The position numbers were made by a program, and so were the translations under genes. From assembly GCA_013265495.1 (NCBI GenBank), contig MU058059.1, positions 1,054,001 to 1,118,000 of the forward strand: 64,000 nucleotides of DNA, read 5' to 3'. The DNA is from Vicugna vicugna. Its lineage: Eukaryota. Positions within the stretch are counted from its first letter, which is position 1; each line of letters starts with the position of its first letter. The notes under the pieces are model-generated. The model made no database searches. It worked only from the letters and a program-made list of their open reading frames with translations, and was not told the origin of the DNA. Of this stretch, positions 1-13,535 are shown one piece after another.

Positions 1-69
1 GGTGGTGATTAGACAACGAACACTTTTAGTTGCTTATAAGCCAGAGCATTACCAACCTTTTTCTTGCTT

Positions 70-232
70 TGCCTCTCATCACAATCTATGAGGCATGAAT
101 GATTATTATTTCCAATTTAAAGATGAAGTGATTGGAAAAAAAAGGAGGTCAAGAAATTTCCTCAAGGTCAGATGATTATGACGGAAGTTTTGAACCCAGC
201 TCTTTCATGTTCCTCTGCCCAGGCTCTTAACA
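70..232 (-). mobile_element. MIR SINE fragment
   Basis: ctcatcacaatctatgagg...attatttccaattta-agatga...aaggtca...tttgaaccca, typical of the MIR core. Confidence 0.6.
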
Positions 233-239
233 GTGAAGG

Positions 240-602
240 CACACACGTATGTAGAGATACAAACATCCACACATGCGAGACACACACACGCATATACTCG
301 TATGTATGGACACACGCACTTGTAGATGCACTAGTACACATGTGTATGAACGTTATATGTTCAGACATACATTCATACACGTGTACGTATAAACACACAC
401 CCATGCACATCTGCATTCAGACACACATTCATACACACATGTGTGGGCACATGCGCACACACTCATCACAACAGATACATACTCATGAACACGTATGTAT
501 AGACATATACCATATACACATGTAGAGAGACACACTCATGGACACGCACACATCCATGTACAGATACATCCTCGTGTACTCATACGTACAAACACACACA
601 AA
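240..602 (+). repeat. Degenerate (CA)n/(CATA)n low-complexity tract
   Basis: About 360 bp of largely alternating purine-pyrimidine sequence; it explains the H/T/C/V-rich spurious ORFs here. Confidence 0.9.
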
Positions 603-664
603 ATGGTGCCTAGCTTTGCTGGCATTGCTTGAGATTCACTAATTATTGTCAAAAACTCCCTGTT

Positions 665-995
665 CTGAAAATAAAAAATATATATGTATGTAAATGTGTA
701 ACTGAATCACTTTGCTGTACACCTGAGACTAACACTGTAAATCAACTACATTTCAATAAAAAATTTTTTAAAATAAATTTTAAAAAATGTATTGAGAAGA
801 CAGAAACCACTATATACAGAATAGATAAATAAAAAGGTCCTACTGTAGAGCAGAGGGAACTATATTCAATAGCTTTAATAACCTGTAATGAGAAAAATAT
901 GAAAAAGAACATATATACGTGTATGACTGAATCAGTATGCTGTACACCAGAAACCAGCACAGCGTGGTAAGCCAACTGTACTTCAGTTTAAAAAA
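665..995 (+). mobile_element. Two adjacent L1 3'-end fragments
   Basis: actgaatcactttgctgtacacctga...caactacatttcaat(A)n, followed by a second 3' end with cagagggaactatattcaata...caactgtacttcagttt(A)n. Confidence 0.85.
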
Positions 996-1146
996 AAGAA
1001 GGAAAGAGTGTAATGGGGGAAGCCCTCCCTGTTCCTTCCGTCCTCGGGTGCACAGCACGTAGACTGGGCTGTGTGAGAAGCCACTTGACTGCAGTACTCC
1101 TGACTCACTCGGAGCACCTGGTTATAATCCTCGTTTGCGTTCTCAC

Positions 1147-1312
1147 CTGTGCCCCTTGGCACGGCCTGTCCCTCCCTGTCAGAGGGCAGGGACGAGTCCC
1201 CGGTCATTCTTTCGGCTCCTCCAGAGGCTCTGGCCAACAGCCGGCAGTGGCCTCACGGAGCCAACTGAGTGGAAGCGAATCAGTCCATATCTGTACTCAG
1301 ATCTCTTCCAAT
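1147..1312 (-). other. Candidate 166-nt internal exon of the minus-strand gene (5'UTR or first coding exon)
   Basis: Minus strand shows branch-like CTTAAT, tttctcccccAG acceptor, non-repetitive exon body and CAG|GTGAGA donor. Contains a tiny uORF (ATG GAC TGA) and an ATG reading MTGDSSLPSDREGQAVPRGT open to the donor; I do not recognise the peptide. Confidence 0.5.
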
Positions 1313-1563
1313 CTGGGGGAGAAATCCATTAAGCCTTTTTGGGGTGACACAACCAAACAAACAACAATTTTCGTCTTATTGTTACTGGTATCTGGCATGT
1401 GGAGTCTGGAATGAAACCAGTGCTTCATGAACGGTAACAGCTATTAGTATAAAAAATAAGACTCACAATTGTCATCTGTAGAGAATGCATACATAGAGAG
1501 AATCTAGTCGTTCTAAATCTGGCTTTCGAGATCTTATTTTCGGAGCTTTTCAGTTTGACTGCC

Positions 1564-1679
1564 TTTTTTCTTTTTAATTTAGTTTTTCTTCTTTCCCCTT
1601 AACGGCGGTGCTGGAGATTGAACCCAGGACCTCATGCACGCCAAGCACGCACTGTACCCCTGAGCTACACCCCCACCCC
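1564..1679 (-). mobile_element. tRNA-derived camelid-type SINE
   Basis: Reverse complement carries A/B boxes (gtagctcaggggtacag...gggttcaatctccagc) and an A-rich tail. Confidence 0.85.
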
Positions 1680-2109
1680 TAGAGCGTTTAGCTTGGAACA
1701 ATCACCCTTACTGTGTCTAAATATGACATTCTCTTGGGAGTTCAGGTTCAGTTATAAGAACATCCTCTCAAACTGGAGTTTAAGAGCCTAGGGACTCTAG
1801 AGAATAGTGAAAGAGTAGTTATAATTTTCAGTATTTTCTGTTGATGTAAATCTGAGAGGGGGGTGAGAGTTGGACGTGGGATACAGAAATGCAAAAACAA
1901 ACATGCCTCGACAAACTCTGAATCTCTAAGATATGTGAGAACCAGAAACATTTACTACTAGGGGAAAAATGCATGGAACCCCCCTCCCTCCCCACCCCAG
2001 CCACACACACACTCTCCATGACTTAGCTCTACATTCCAGCAGATGTCACTCACGCCTTCAAAACACAAACATTTAACCTCTTAAAAGACTCAGATGTTGT
2101 GGTTTCACC

Positions 2110-2488
2110 TGTTAGGAAAAAAAGAGATAACAGGTCCAAAATGGAGTCACTTGTGCTAAGTCTCACACCAGCAAACCAGGACTTCAGTCCCAGCCTGAGT
2201 GCAGTTTCATCCTCTCCCAGGAATGTGATCTGACGCCCGTCAATCTGGAATTTCCTGGGCAGCAGTAGTAGGTAATCCACCTGATTACTGCCCCACCTTT
2301 CTGTCCCTCAAAGGAAGTGAGGGAATCTGCTCTTTCCTTGTCCCTGCCTCCTTCAGTTTATAAAAATTTCGTTCAGCTCTTTAGAGCTTTTCTCTGTTTG
2401 CCAGATAGGATGGCGCCCAATTCATGAATAGTTAAAGGAAGCCAATTAGATCTTCAAATGGACTCAGTTGCATTTTTTTTTTTAAACA
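2110..2488 (+). mobile_element. Solo LTR, ERV1-like
   Basis: TG...CA termini, an aaaatggagtcacttgtgctaa motif typical of ERV1 LTRs, an internal TATA-like tataaaaa, and a partial TSD (acc). Confidence 0.6.
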
Positions 2489-3837
2489 ACCTATACCTTT
2501 CATACAAAAGGCAGAAAAGAAAATAAAGACTTGGAATGGTGAGTGTGACATCCAACCGGAAAACTTCGCTTTATGGTGTCTCGGGAGAAAGCCCCCCAGC
2601 GATTTCAAATCCAAGACCATCAGAGTTTGCTCTCAAATTGAATCCTGCAGTCACTACATTCTGCTCCCACGGCAGACAAGGAAGTGCGGTAGGAGGCTGT
2701 AATATGATCCTAGGCTAGAAAAAGTGCTAAACACAGAAGAAAAGAAGCCAACAGAGCTGGAACAACTTCATAAAATCTTCATCCCACAAAGCCTAGACAA
2801 CAGGTAAAGGAAAACCAGGGTGGGGGTGCTATGGAGGGGACAGAAATCTGGGCAGCTGCCTCCAGGCTGGTTAGAGATCTACGCTTTAAATAGATGTTTG
2901 CACGGAGAACAGGATCACATCTGGAGCCTACAATTTAATTTCTCCCAACATCAAACAGATGCTTCCTTTTAAAATGCTAAACAGTATATGTTTAAGGAGC
3001 TACTAAAACTAATGTTTTCTAAATACGACAAATGTGACTTAGTATTTTTCACAACAGCCAAGCCAGTTTTAGCGCAGAGAATATTAGCCCTGGAAAGGAC
3101 CAAAGACACAAGCTTTTCCAGCCGCTGTGTTAGGAGCAGAAAACAGTCCCAGACAGTTAAATGACTTTTTGATTCTGTGCAAATGCTTTGTGACTGAGCT
3201 GGAAGTTGGACCTAAGTGGTGATTTTCACTTTAAATGTTTTAATGGCTCATAAAAACATCAACGCCCCCTGGGATTACAGGAGCGATCATGAAAGTCGAA
3301 GTGCAAGCTAACAGCAGTCCCCAGGGGTTCCTGAGGGACCTGAAATTCAGAGGCACTGATGCTGGAGTTTCCGCAGGGCCAGTGAAGGGTCCCCAGAGGA
3401 GCTGCTGGCCTGTCCTGGGAATTGGGGCCACTGCTGATGTCACAGCATGGAGCCAGAGCAGCAGAGGAAGGTGGAAGATGCCACAGGGTAGCTAAGAAAT
3501 CCACACCCCTGAGACGTACCTTACATACTCTAGGAAAAAAGATGGTGAATAAAAAAGGAGACTGCAAAGGATTCTGGAATTTCTGAGACTCAAAGAGATG
3601 CATCAGGGAAATAACAATTTCTGACTCTGCATTCCTGTTTGACTCCCAGGCAGGGTGGCTGAAACCAAACAGGTCTTCAAACTATCGTAGAAAACACTCG
3701 GCAGCAGTCCTGACCACGCGCCAGACACTGGGGAAAGGTACCGGCCCCCCTACCCCACCCCAGGGAAGCGCTTCTAAACGCCCACCGGCCTTCGTCTGCC
3801 CGTGGTATTAATGAAGACTGGAGAAGTTCAGAGACGT

Positions 3838-3925
3838 GATTTTTTTTTTTAATTTTAACTCAAAGTATAGTCAATTACAATGTGTCAATTTCTGGTGTAC
3901 AGCATACCGCCCCAGTCATAGAGAC
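3838..3925 (-). mobile_element. Short L1 3' end
   Basis: poly(T) then aagtatagtcaattacaatgtgtcaatttctggtgtacagcat, as at 49830. Confidence 0.75.
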
Positions 3926-4769
3926 ATGATTTTAATCCAGGTCTACGGACTTGGGAGCCCGCCCTGGAGAGCCCGGTTCCCCAGTCATGACCCATTTCCC
4001 CGTCAGAATCCCAGTCTAAGCGGGTCATCTCAAACAGCACAGTTCAAAAGCAGCAGACAACCTTCTTCCTCTTTGTTTTCAGACTACCATCTGGAGGCAG
4101 CTGACTACAGGAAACAAAGTCTACTTCCAGAAAATTATGTCACAAGTAACTCCTTATTTCCTCACTTACAGCGTGCACTTGCCTCTGAATATTTCAACAT
4201 TTCTGAAATCAGGATGTGAAACTGGTTCCTGTGTTTAATCTGATAGTGTTTTCTCCCTCCCCCTGAGAAGCTGTGATTAAATTGATGGGGTAATCATACA
4301 GCATCGGAGAACTGAAGAGCTGTCTTTTTTTCTTTTTTAGATGATAAATGGCTTTGAAAATTTCAGATTAATCATTTTAAGGAACGCGGTCCTAGAAAGT
4401 AATTCTTATGTGCTTAACCCAACTTGTTTCTGACCTGGACCCTGCCTTGATCACTGGAAATGAGGGTACGGCATAAACTGGTGAAAAGCCGGGGCCTTTA
4501 TTTCCTAGATTCAGTCACTAAGGTTCACCTAGAGCCTGTCTGTGGTAGACCCAAAACTTGTCGAAGGATTCTTCTGCAGTGGAATGTCATCCCACTGAAA
4601 CAGGTGCAATCAGAAAGCCTTTCACATGTGGCGTGAAGTGTATTTCGTTGTTGTCCTGGTACTGAGTTTAGCATTAGTAGATCGTCTGATTTTTATTGTG
4701 GAGACAGTAAGGTTTAACTTCGATATTTCCTTCATTTCACGGTTTCACAAAGTTACAAAAGCTTTCTGA

Positions 4770-4955
4770 CCTTTTTTTCCTCATGTGTAAAGTAAAATTA
4801 ACAGCACCTACAGCATAGAGCTATGGTAAAGATTGTGACCTGTTAACAAAAATTATTCCAAACGTCTTTGTGAAATGATATGAAATATATGGAACTAAGA
4901 GAAAGATGAAAAGATTGTGGCATGTAACAGGTGCTCAGTAAATGTTAGTTACCTT
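4770..4955 (+). mobile_element. MIR fragment
   Basis: ttcctcatgtgtaaagt...acagcacctac...tggcatgtaacaggtgctcagtaaatgttagt. Confidence 0.6.
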
Positions 4956-5719
4956 CCCTGAGTAATATTTTATGCTACTTCCCATCATAAAGGGGAGAAT
5001 TTCATCACTCTAATCAATAAATATATGAGAATAACTTGCAACCACTGATGGTGAGACATCTCTAAGTATCAAAGTATTTCATCTGCTTCAAAGTGAAAAT
5101 CTGTAGCAAATTAAAACCAAAGGCACACAGCTTCAAAGAGAAGACTGACTTGAATAAAAGAAAAAAAAAAAGGAATGTAACACTAAGTCCAGCATGAGAT
5201 GATGACTCAGAAAACTGGACGGCGAGACTGTGTGACTTACTGTACAATCAATGGCTGCCTTGTGTAGAGGAGGATGCAGCTTCCCCAAACTAATAGAATG
5301 ACCCTTTTATGCCTTCAGGAATTGTGCGAAACTTTTCAAGAAAGAAGACGCTCAAACCGAAATTTAAAAGCAAGAGGAAAATAAATAAGTGTGCTAGGTG
5401 CAGTGGTTATAGTTCGGTTTTGGTTCTTTTTGAATTCTTATAGTTTCTCCCGATTGGTATCTGCAGCTGTAAGTTACAAGAAGTAGGCGCTGCCTTTAGT
5501 GATGGTGAAGTTGTTGCCAATAAATGATCATCTCTCTACTTGTTCCTGCTGCTCAAATAATACAGAAAGATCTTCAGTAAGTATCTTTGAAATATGTAAT
5601 GCAAGTACGGATCTCTCTAAGAGATACACGATTCTACTGTATACTGCTCTTCTGAATGTGTTTACCCATAGATTTCCTGAAAGGGAACCTCAAAATTCTA
5701 TCACACTAATTATTTTCTC

Positions 5720-6240
5720 TTAGGGACACAGATTCATTCCCACTTTGCTCTGCTCGGTACCAGGGAGTTGGGGGGAGGGGGAGGATCTGCTCCTAGGACC
5801 TGCATCACTCAGGCTGCCCAATCCTCTACTTGGGTTGGCTTTGACCGATGGGAGGATGGGACTCGGCATCCGGACTGAAGCAGAGAGAGAGGCTGGGCTA
5901 CTTTCCCCCAGCTTCTTCCCTGCTTTGGTGCCACGTGCCTACCAGAGGCAGCATCTCCCAGGCCCAATGGTCTCCAAGCATCTCCAAGTATCTCCAGTGG
6001 TCTCCAAGGACCATTCTTGTTGGATGATCTCTCTCCTACACTTCAGCTCGCAGTGGCCTCTGTTAACAGTCTCCTCCCCATCACCATTTCTGCCTAGGGG
6101 TAGTAAAGACTCCCCAGTCTTCTGATCCTGGAGCCTCAGCACCCCTCGCTGGCGTCTGTAAAATCCCCTACATTATGTTCTGCAAAACTCACAGCTGAGT
6201 GTATCTCCTGCTCCCTGCGATGGTCATGATTGGTACCTTC
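5720..6240. mobile_element. Old ERVL-type LTR (LTR33-like)
   Basis: ggacctgcatcactcaggctgcc...gggttggctttgaccgatgggagg resembles the LTR33 consensus as recalled. Confidence 0.5.
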
Positions 6241-9200
6241 ACAAATCACACTAACAGAGAACTGAAATGCTTTCCTTACTTCAATAATTCAGTTGGAGCA
6301 ACATGCTGTATTTTGACATGTCATTTTAAAAAAATCATTTATTTGACCAAGCCATGTTAGATGGAGATGCTGAAAGATTCAAGGATCATACTTTATGAAT
6401 CAGTAGTCTAAATATTCTTAAAACATCAGCAAACTGCATTGCACTGTGTCTTTCTGTGTGTGGTACTTATTAAGATAAATAGGATTTCCCATATGGTCAT
6501 TTAATAATTATTTCCCAAAATAATTATTTGGCAGCTTGGTTATTCACTGTGCTCCATGAAGCCTGACAGTATGATACATTTACAGGCAGATGTTGGAAAA
6601 ACAGTCAGTATTGGAACTCTTGGGGTTCCGGGTAATTATAGTCATCATTTTTTAATCCTTTCAGAGCCTTCACAATTCTGTAGCCCTTTACCTGCACAAG
6701 AATCAGCAGCAAGACCTCAGCTTGTTCAAATGTCCTGAGCATGTGTGAATAAATTACATATTTTGGTTTACAACATGTTAAAAATTCAACAGAACTGGTT
6801 TTAATATATAGCCTGGAAATGAAGTTTAAGCCCTGTCTGTCACTCTCCTTGTCCAGAAATCAATGAGTAAGGAGAATAATTGTCTGCAGCTTTGAGAAAC
6901 AGGAATAACCAGGAAGAAGTAGGGAAGGGTAGATATTAAGCACGTGGTTCTGGGCTTTATAATTAGGAAGAGACCATCCCCATCCCGGGGTAGGTCCACC
7001 GGCAGCGCAGAGCACGCACAGCACAGCCGTACAGTCCTTTTCCCCTTCCTGATTCTGTTTTGTCATGTGACATCTACAGACACGCTCATGTGATGTAAAA
7101 GCTGAAAAGGCTGAGAGAGAGCAGGGAAAGTGGGAGAGAAAGACAGGGCGTTTCAGTCCTGGAGAGTAGCTGGAGCTGGTCTGACTCTTGTAATCTATTA
7201 GATGCTTTAATTTAATGAAACAAAGTAATTCTGCATGGCATGAAAATGAGAACGAAGATGAAAATAAAAAGAGCTGCAGTGATCGCTGTAAATGTCTCTG
7301 TATGATGGAGGCAAGTCTCTTAGAAATACTTGCTGAAGTCCCTGCAGGTGACATCCAACCTCAACCTGACGTGGAAGGCAGCTCACACAGAGAGGCACTA
7401 ACGTAACACACCTGGAAGTGACACTCAGCTTCGCAGACAACGAAGGCAACACGCATTGAAACAAAGTTCCATCTCACACTTACCCAGCTAGGAGACACAA
7501 ATTAAAATAATAAATCTAGCATTGTCAGGAGTTGCTAGGAGTCCTATAAATTCCTTAAATGAGCTCGCAGTAAACCTGGAGAACAACCACGTGATCATCA
7601 GTCTAGCGGTGGGACGCTGATCTCAGCCTGGGCCCCAGGAGTCCCAACTTTAGAGTCGCTCAAGATGCAACTGAGAGGAGAAAAAGTTGCATGTGCAAAG
7701 ATGGTTTCAATATGCCTTCAATAGTGTGGACATGGCCTTTTTCCAACTATAAGTGAGAAAGCTAAGAATGATATGTAACTATAATGAAATTAAATAATTT
7801 AAAATTCGATATATGTGAGATATATACATCCCAGAAAAGTATCTGCGCAGCAATCTTGAGTGAAAAAGGAGAAACTAAATGGTAGATTCGTTCATTTATT
7901 CAGTAAGTATTTGTTAAGTACAACTTTCTCACCTCTCTGAGACTAAGTACTCATTTCATGTTCATTTGTCACGAGCATCTCCGCGTTCAGTGCATCGGCC
8001 AAGGTCACAAAGGTTCCCCTGCTGAGCAAACACCAGAAGTCTGTTCCTGGGAGTGAGCTCCCAAGAGCTAAAGACTGTCCCTCCACTAGAATTAAAGCAA
8101 CAATTTCCTATTTCCATAGGCTTAGTGACAAGTTGAAAAAAAATCAATATATCTAAATAAAATCTTGAGATTTGCAGAGTGCAATTCATTAATAAATATG
8201 GAGGCTTTAATTGTTGAAGGGAAAAAAAAGAGGGAGGGCCAGTTATTACAAGATGCACTCCCAGGTACCCAAGTATTTATGACTTCTTTGTTCTATTAAA
8301 AAAAAATGTATTACTCTGGAGACGAGAAAGTGTAGTTAATTTGAGAGATAGATATTTGAATACTTGTGCTGAACTGCACTTAAAAGAATGTAGACATGCA
8401 ATGTTCCCATAAATAATTACTTAGGCAGGCAGATGAAACTATTGCAGCTAAAGATATAAAAAGAGTTGATCATAATTTCTTCTTTCCTTTGAGGAGAATT
8501 CAAAGCTGGTTTTAAAAGGCCATCAACTTATTACACAGTGTACTCTTATAAATGCTATTCGTAAGAAACTGTTACAGGAAACCATTAAAACATTCAGCAA
8601 TCCATAATCAGACGTCTTTCCCTGCCAAACCCTCCCCTCCCCCCTGGCAAAAGAAATTACTATAAACTCACTTGAGTCTCTTGCAAGAGATTAATAAGGA
8701 TGGAGTTTCATTGACAATAATAATATTGTTATTTACCTCTTAGTCAAGGTGATCATGACTTGACAATATAAAAATGCAGCTATAAAGCAAATCATTTATC
8801 TTTTTTTGATCATATACCTGTAAACCATACAAAGATACAGAGTTCCATCAGGTACATTTAATTATGTTTAGGTGGGTTTTTTTTTTTTAGTTCTGTGGAG
8901 TTTCATCCAAACTTGTTATAAGAAGAAAATGTATGGAAAAAACAACAACAAAAACCTTTCTCCAGCTTGTATACCCCCCAGTTTTCTCATACCTGTGTTT
9001 TAATGATCAATTTCCCAATGCCTAAATTTTGCCAATATTTTCTTCCAATGTTTTGAAAAATAAATCCCTCCTCATAACTTTACACACACTTTTTTGGGGT
9101 TTGGAGGGGAATTTTTTTGGCTGCTAAGGTTTTAAATGAGGACTCCTGCCAGGGGAGACTCTGATGCTTTGAGGACATTAATCAGGTTCATAGCAGGTGG

Positions 9201-9667
9201 CACAGTGATCTAGCTAAAAACAGAGAGATCCTTTGAATATTTCAGTTTCTTTTTACTAGAATTTTTTTCCTCTGTCATTATTTAGCAAAATAAAAGGCAT
9301 CTGTCTTTAATTGGGTGGACATCCATCCCAATTAAAAGGAGCAAATTGCAACATCAATGATCATGCACTGACAGGGAAGGAGGAAGGGAGGACGAGAAGG
9401 GAGGCCAGGGGAGTCACGGCAGAAGGGGGATGGTGCACCTGCTCCGTCTGAAGCTGCCTCTCATCCTGTCCTTTCCTCCCCTTCCTGTTCTTCTTGGGCT
9501 TACGCAGCTTGGTCAGAGACCAGGACCCACACCCCTGGAGGAGTGACAGGGGACAGCAGTTCACAAGCACATTGACTGAGGTCCCAGAACACCTCTGATC
9601 TAAGAGAAAACAGTGAGCTAAGATCACACCAAGGTCCTGCTCCTTTTCCCTTAAAACCCACACCTGG

Positions 9668-10390
9668 ACCACTATACATCTATTAGGATGGCTAAGGAAA
9701 AAGGACTGACGGTCCCAAGTGTGGACAAGGATGTGGAGCAACTTGAACTCTCATACACTGCTGGTGGGAATGCAAATGGTAGGGCCACTCTTTGGCAGTT
9801 TCCAATCAAGTTCTACCATGTGACCCAACAATTCTATACTCCTGGGCACTTATCCTAGAGACATGAACACATATTCACACAAAAAAGTCTGTACAGGATG
9901 ATTACTGCAGGTCTGCTTATAGCCACCAAAAGCTGGAAATAATCTAAATATCCTTCAATGGGAGAATGGATGAACACACCTTGGTATATCCATACAATGA
10001 AGTACTATACAGCAATAAAAAGGAAAAAGTAATTGGTGCATGCAACAACTTGGATGAATCTCTAAGGCATTATGCTGAGTGGAAGAAGCCAGTCTCTTAA
10101 GGTTACAGATAATGTCATATAAATGCCTCCATTTAGATGACATTCTAGAAAACACAAAACTGTAGTGATGGAGAAGAGACAGGTGGTCGCCAGGGGCTGT
10201 AAGCGGTCGCGGGGGGAGGCTGTGACTACTCAGGGATGGCATGAAAGTGTTCTGTGGTGATGGAACTGTTCTGTGTCCCGACTGTGCTGGTGGTTACATG
10301 AATCTATACATATGGGGGAAAAGTACGTTAAAAAAAGGTAAACTTTATTGTATGATAAGTTAAAAATAAAGTAAAAATTTAAAAAGAATT
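9668..10390 (+). mobile_element. Old L1 (L1M-type) ORF2 end and 3'UTR
   Basis: caaggatgtggagcaacttgaactctcatacactgctggtgggaatg...caatgaagtactatacagcaataaaaagg...A-rich tail. Confidence 0.85.
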
Positions 10391-11554
10391 TTAAAGAGAG
10401 AGAGAGAGAGAGAACTAACAAACTTGGACTCAAGAAAACCCAAAATAAAAACACCACCTAGCTGTGATTTTCTCTCTCCTTCCCATTTCATAAGCATTTA
10501 TGGGATGTTTAGCCCCTAACGCCTCACTTTTCAGGCTTAGGAGAAATGTTATCATTTGCTTGGGGCGGAGGAAGTGGAAGAAGTATTAGGAAAGTAAAAT
10601 GTCAAATGGCGTTGCAATGATCGCTAACATTTTGGATTTGTCATTTTTCTTTTGTAAAACTTGAGTGACAATCTCACCTTTACTCTGACCTCGAAGGTCA
10701 AAAGAAATGTCAGGAGTAAAAGAAAAGTGAAATCAAACAAAAACTTTCAAGATGTCAACATATTTTCAGGAAAGGGAGAAAACACCACAAAATAGATGCG
10801 TGATGTAATCTTCACAGCCACCCTTTTCCCAGAAAAATGAAGTAATTGCCAAATAACCACCAGGCCAGCTGCTGTCTGAAGGGCACACCGGATTGCTTCC
10901 CTGTGAAAGAACACTAAGTGAAGCGTGGTCTCGACTTGGACAGAAATCCTTTATGAGATGGTGAACCTCCTCATTGTCTCTCGTCTTTGAAAAACAGAGA
11001 AAAACGAGCTAATTAACAATTATGATAAATAATTTACCAAAAAAGTTCTGCCACCAAAAACTCTAGAATAATCACTCCAATCTTTAAAAGAGAAGCTAGA
11101 CACACTGCCAACTGGCCACTGTAAGAATGGGCCTCGGATGTTCGGGGATCCTGGCGGGGCTGGCAAGGGATGCCCTCGGGGTCCCTCCCTCCAATGTTGC
11201 AGCGGGAACTTAGCAACGTCTTGGAGGAGGGGAGGATGCCTGGGCAGAAAACAGGCAGCCAGTCGCCCCAGGACAGAGGCAGAGCGGAAGGGGCACACGG
11301 ACGAGAAGCAGGAACACAGCTCAGGTGAGAGCGACCAGTGATGTTCCCTGCCCCGGGGAGACCCTCACTGCGCACGGGCGTCGTCAATCACAGCTGCGCC
11401 TCACTGCAGGGAACTTGGGGGCCTGGAAAGCCATACCTCTGGGGACACGCTCTGCTATCTCCTGCTTTATGTCATAATCTCTGCATGTTTTCAAATCAAA
11501 TGCCATTAAAGAAAAAACAAAACAAAACACGAAGACCAGTACATCGCAACTCTA

Positions 11555-11680
11555 CCCGCACTCGAGAATTGCCTGGGAGCCTTTAAAAACCAACACCAGG
11601 GCCCAGGCTCCAGAGATACGGACTTAACTGGTGGGGCCCTGGCAGCAACAGCGACTCCCCAGTTGACTGTAATGATGAGA
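11555..11680. mobile_element. MER5-like hAT-Charlie fragment
   Basis: agaattgcctgggagcctttaaaaa...ccagagatacggacttaactggt. Confidence 0.45.
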
Positions 11681-13439
11681 ATCATTAACAGCACCATAAA
11701 TCTTGCACTGTTTGGTTTTTTAGCATCATACAGACATGGTTCCAATCCATAATTTATTACCACAACGCTCCAAACATCTGTTACCCACTTTCCCCGGGCT
11801 GGTGCTAAATTCTCATCAGGTAAGACCTCCCGAATATTTTCAAAGCATTCAAAGTAGGATCACGGGACCTCCTCTTCTGTCTGACCTGGTATTAACAGGT
11901 AGAAAGAAAAACACTGTTTCTCTTAAAGCCATGAATTATAATAAAATGTACAAAGATGATATCATTTGTATTTTCTATAAGAGTTCATTTAATTGATGAT
12001 TTTAATAGGCTGCTTAGCTTTTAATTATGTCATCCTGAATTCTGATCGTCCACCTTCCGACACGGCAAGAGCATCATTTTCCTCCACTCAACTTTCAGAA
12101 AGTAGACTCAGAGCCAGCGCTCTGCATTGCTTCTTCCCCTTACGGGGGATTTAAGCAGCCTCTGTCAGTAATGAGGTCCTAATACAGTCTGGCAGTGAAC
12201 ACGAAGGATGGAGGTTCAATCAGAGAAGGCACTTTGACACCGCCCTACTGCTTCTGAAAGTAAACAACCAAGAAATGATGCTGGACTACGTGAGGTCATC
12301 GAGACACAACTGTTGTAATTATAATCAGCAAGGTCTAAGGAATGAGTAGAAAAGGATCTTCCTAACAAGAATTAATTAAAATCTTGTTAAAAGGCTAAAA
12401 GGCATTGTCTTGTGAGCCCCTGCGAAGCACACAGAATTAATCAATTCACAACGAGGCACATTGAGAGTAAGCAAATTATTCGTTCCTAGCTCTCCAAAAT
12501 GACCCAACTTTTAGCTTCTTGAAAGGTGAAGTAGAAGTATAGCTTAACATTCTAAGAAGCGCCTTGTGGGCAGATGGTTGTAACTCACTCTATAAGGGAT
12601 AGCAGCCCAGTTATTTAAGATCCAGCACCCTGGGTTGGAAGAGGTAGTTTCCAACAGAATCCTTGAAGGCAAAGCGGAGCCGTGACAACTGTGCCTAGTA
12701 AGTGAGGGGAGGAAAGGATTCTGTTTCATGTCTTTCTAGAGATTTCCATGCAGCCCTCGCAAAAAGACTGACGGCGTCATGGATTCCTCATGGAAAGCCC
12801 TCCCACCCGCTGGCCTCCTAAACCGCCTTTCCCCTCCAGTCTTCCCTCCTGCCATCCTCTCGGCTTTCAAATGCCCGTCCAGCTCACCTCCCAAGGCCAC
12901 TCATGTGCCACCTCTTTTGAGAATTGGCCCCCAAAATATCTTCCAGCAGAAGGAATCGGTGGCCTGTTTGGTACTTGCTCTGTCTGCTTTTGTAGTTAAT
13001 TGTGTGAAAGCTCACAGGGTAGGATGTATCCGAGCCCGGGACCTAAAACAGTGCCTTCCCCATCAGTAAGCGTTTGAATCATATCTGACAAACAAGGAGA
13101 AACTGGAGGAAATGTATTGAATGAGTTTCTCGTTTAGAACTCCTGGAAATATGCTTCCTTTCCTTAACAATTTACTGAAAATATTCACAGTCAGTGCTTC
13201 TTGGCCGAGTCCGTGAGGACTAGGGATGAATGGTAGGGCATCTGCAACCCTCTTGAAACTGTATGTAAATTTAATGTTTATTCTAGTATGTGGCTCTCCC
13301 CCTGCCCCACACATATCCTGGAGATCTTTACAGCTCTTTCTGAATCTTTAAGGTAACGGTAATCCAACAATCAATTTTTAAAAGTTGGTTACTGTTCTGC
13401 ACATATTTTGTATAAACGATAAGATATAAGAGCTTCTTC

Positions 13440-13535
13440 TTCCCTTTTTTTTTTTTTATGGAGGCACTAGGGATGGAACCCAGGACCCCGTGCGTGCTAA
13501 GCACGTGCTCTGCCACTGAGCTACACCGTCCCGCC
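13440..13535 (-). mobile_element. tRNA-derived camelid-type SINE
   Basis: poly(T), then ggaggcactagggatggaacccaggacc...ctgagctacacc. Confidence 0.88.

Noticed and set aside
168..535. His/Thr/Cys/Val-rich ORFs
   Set aside because: Translations of the degenerate CA repeat.
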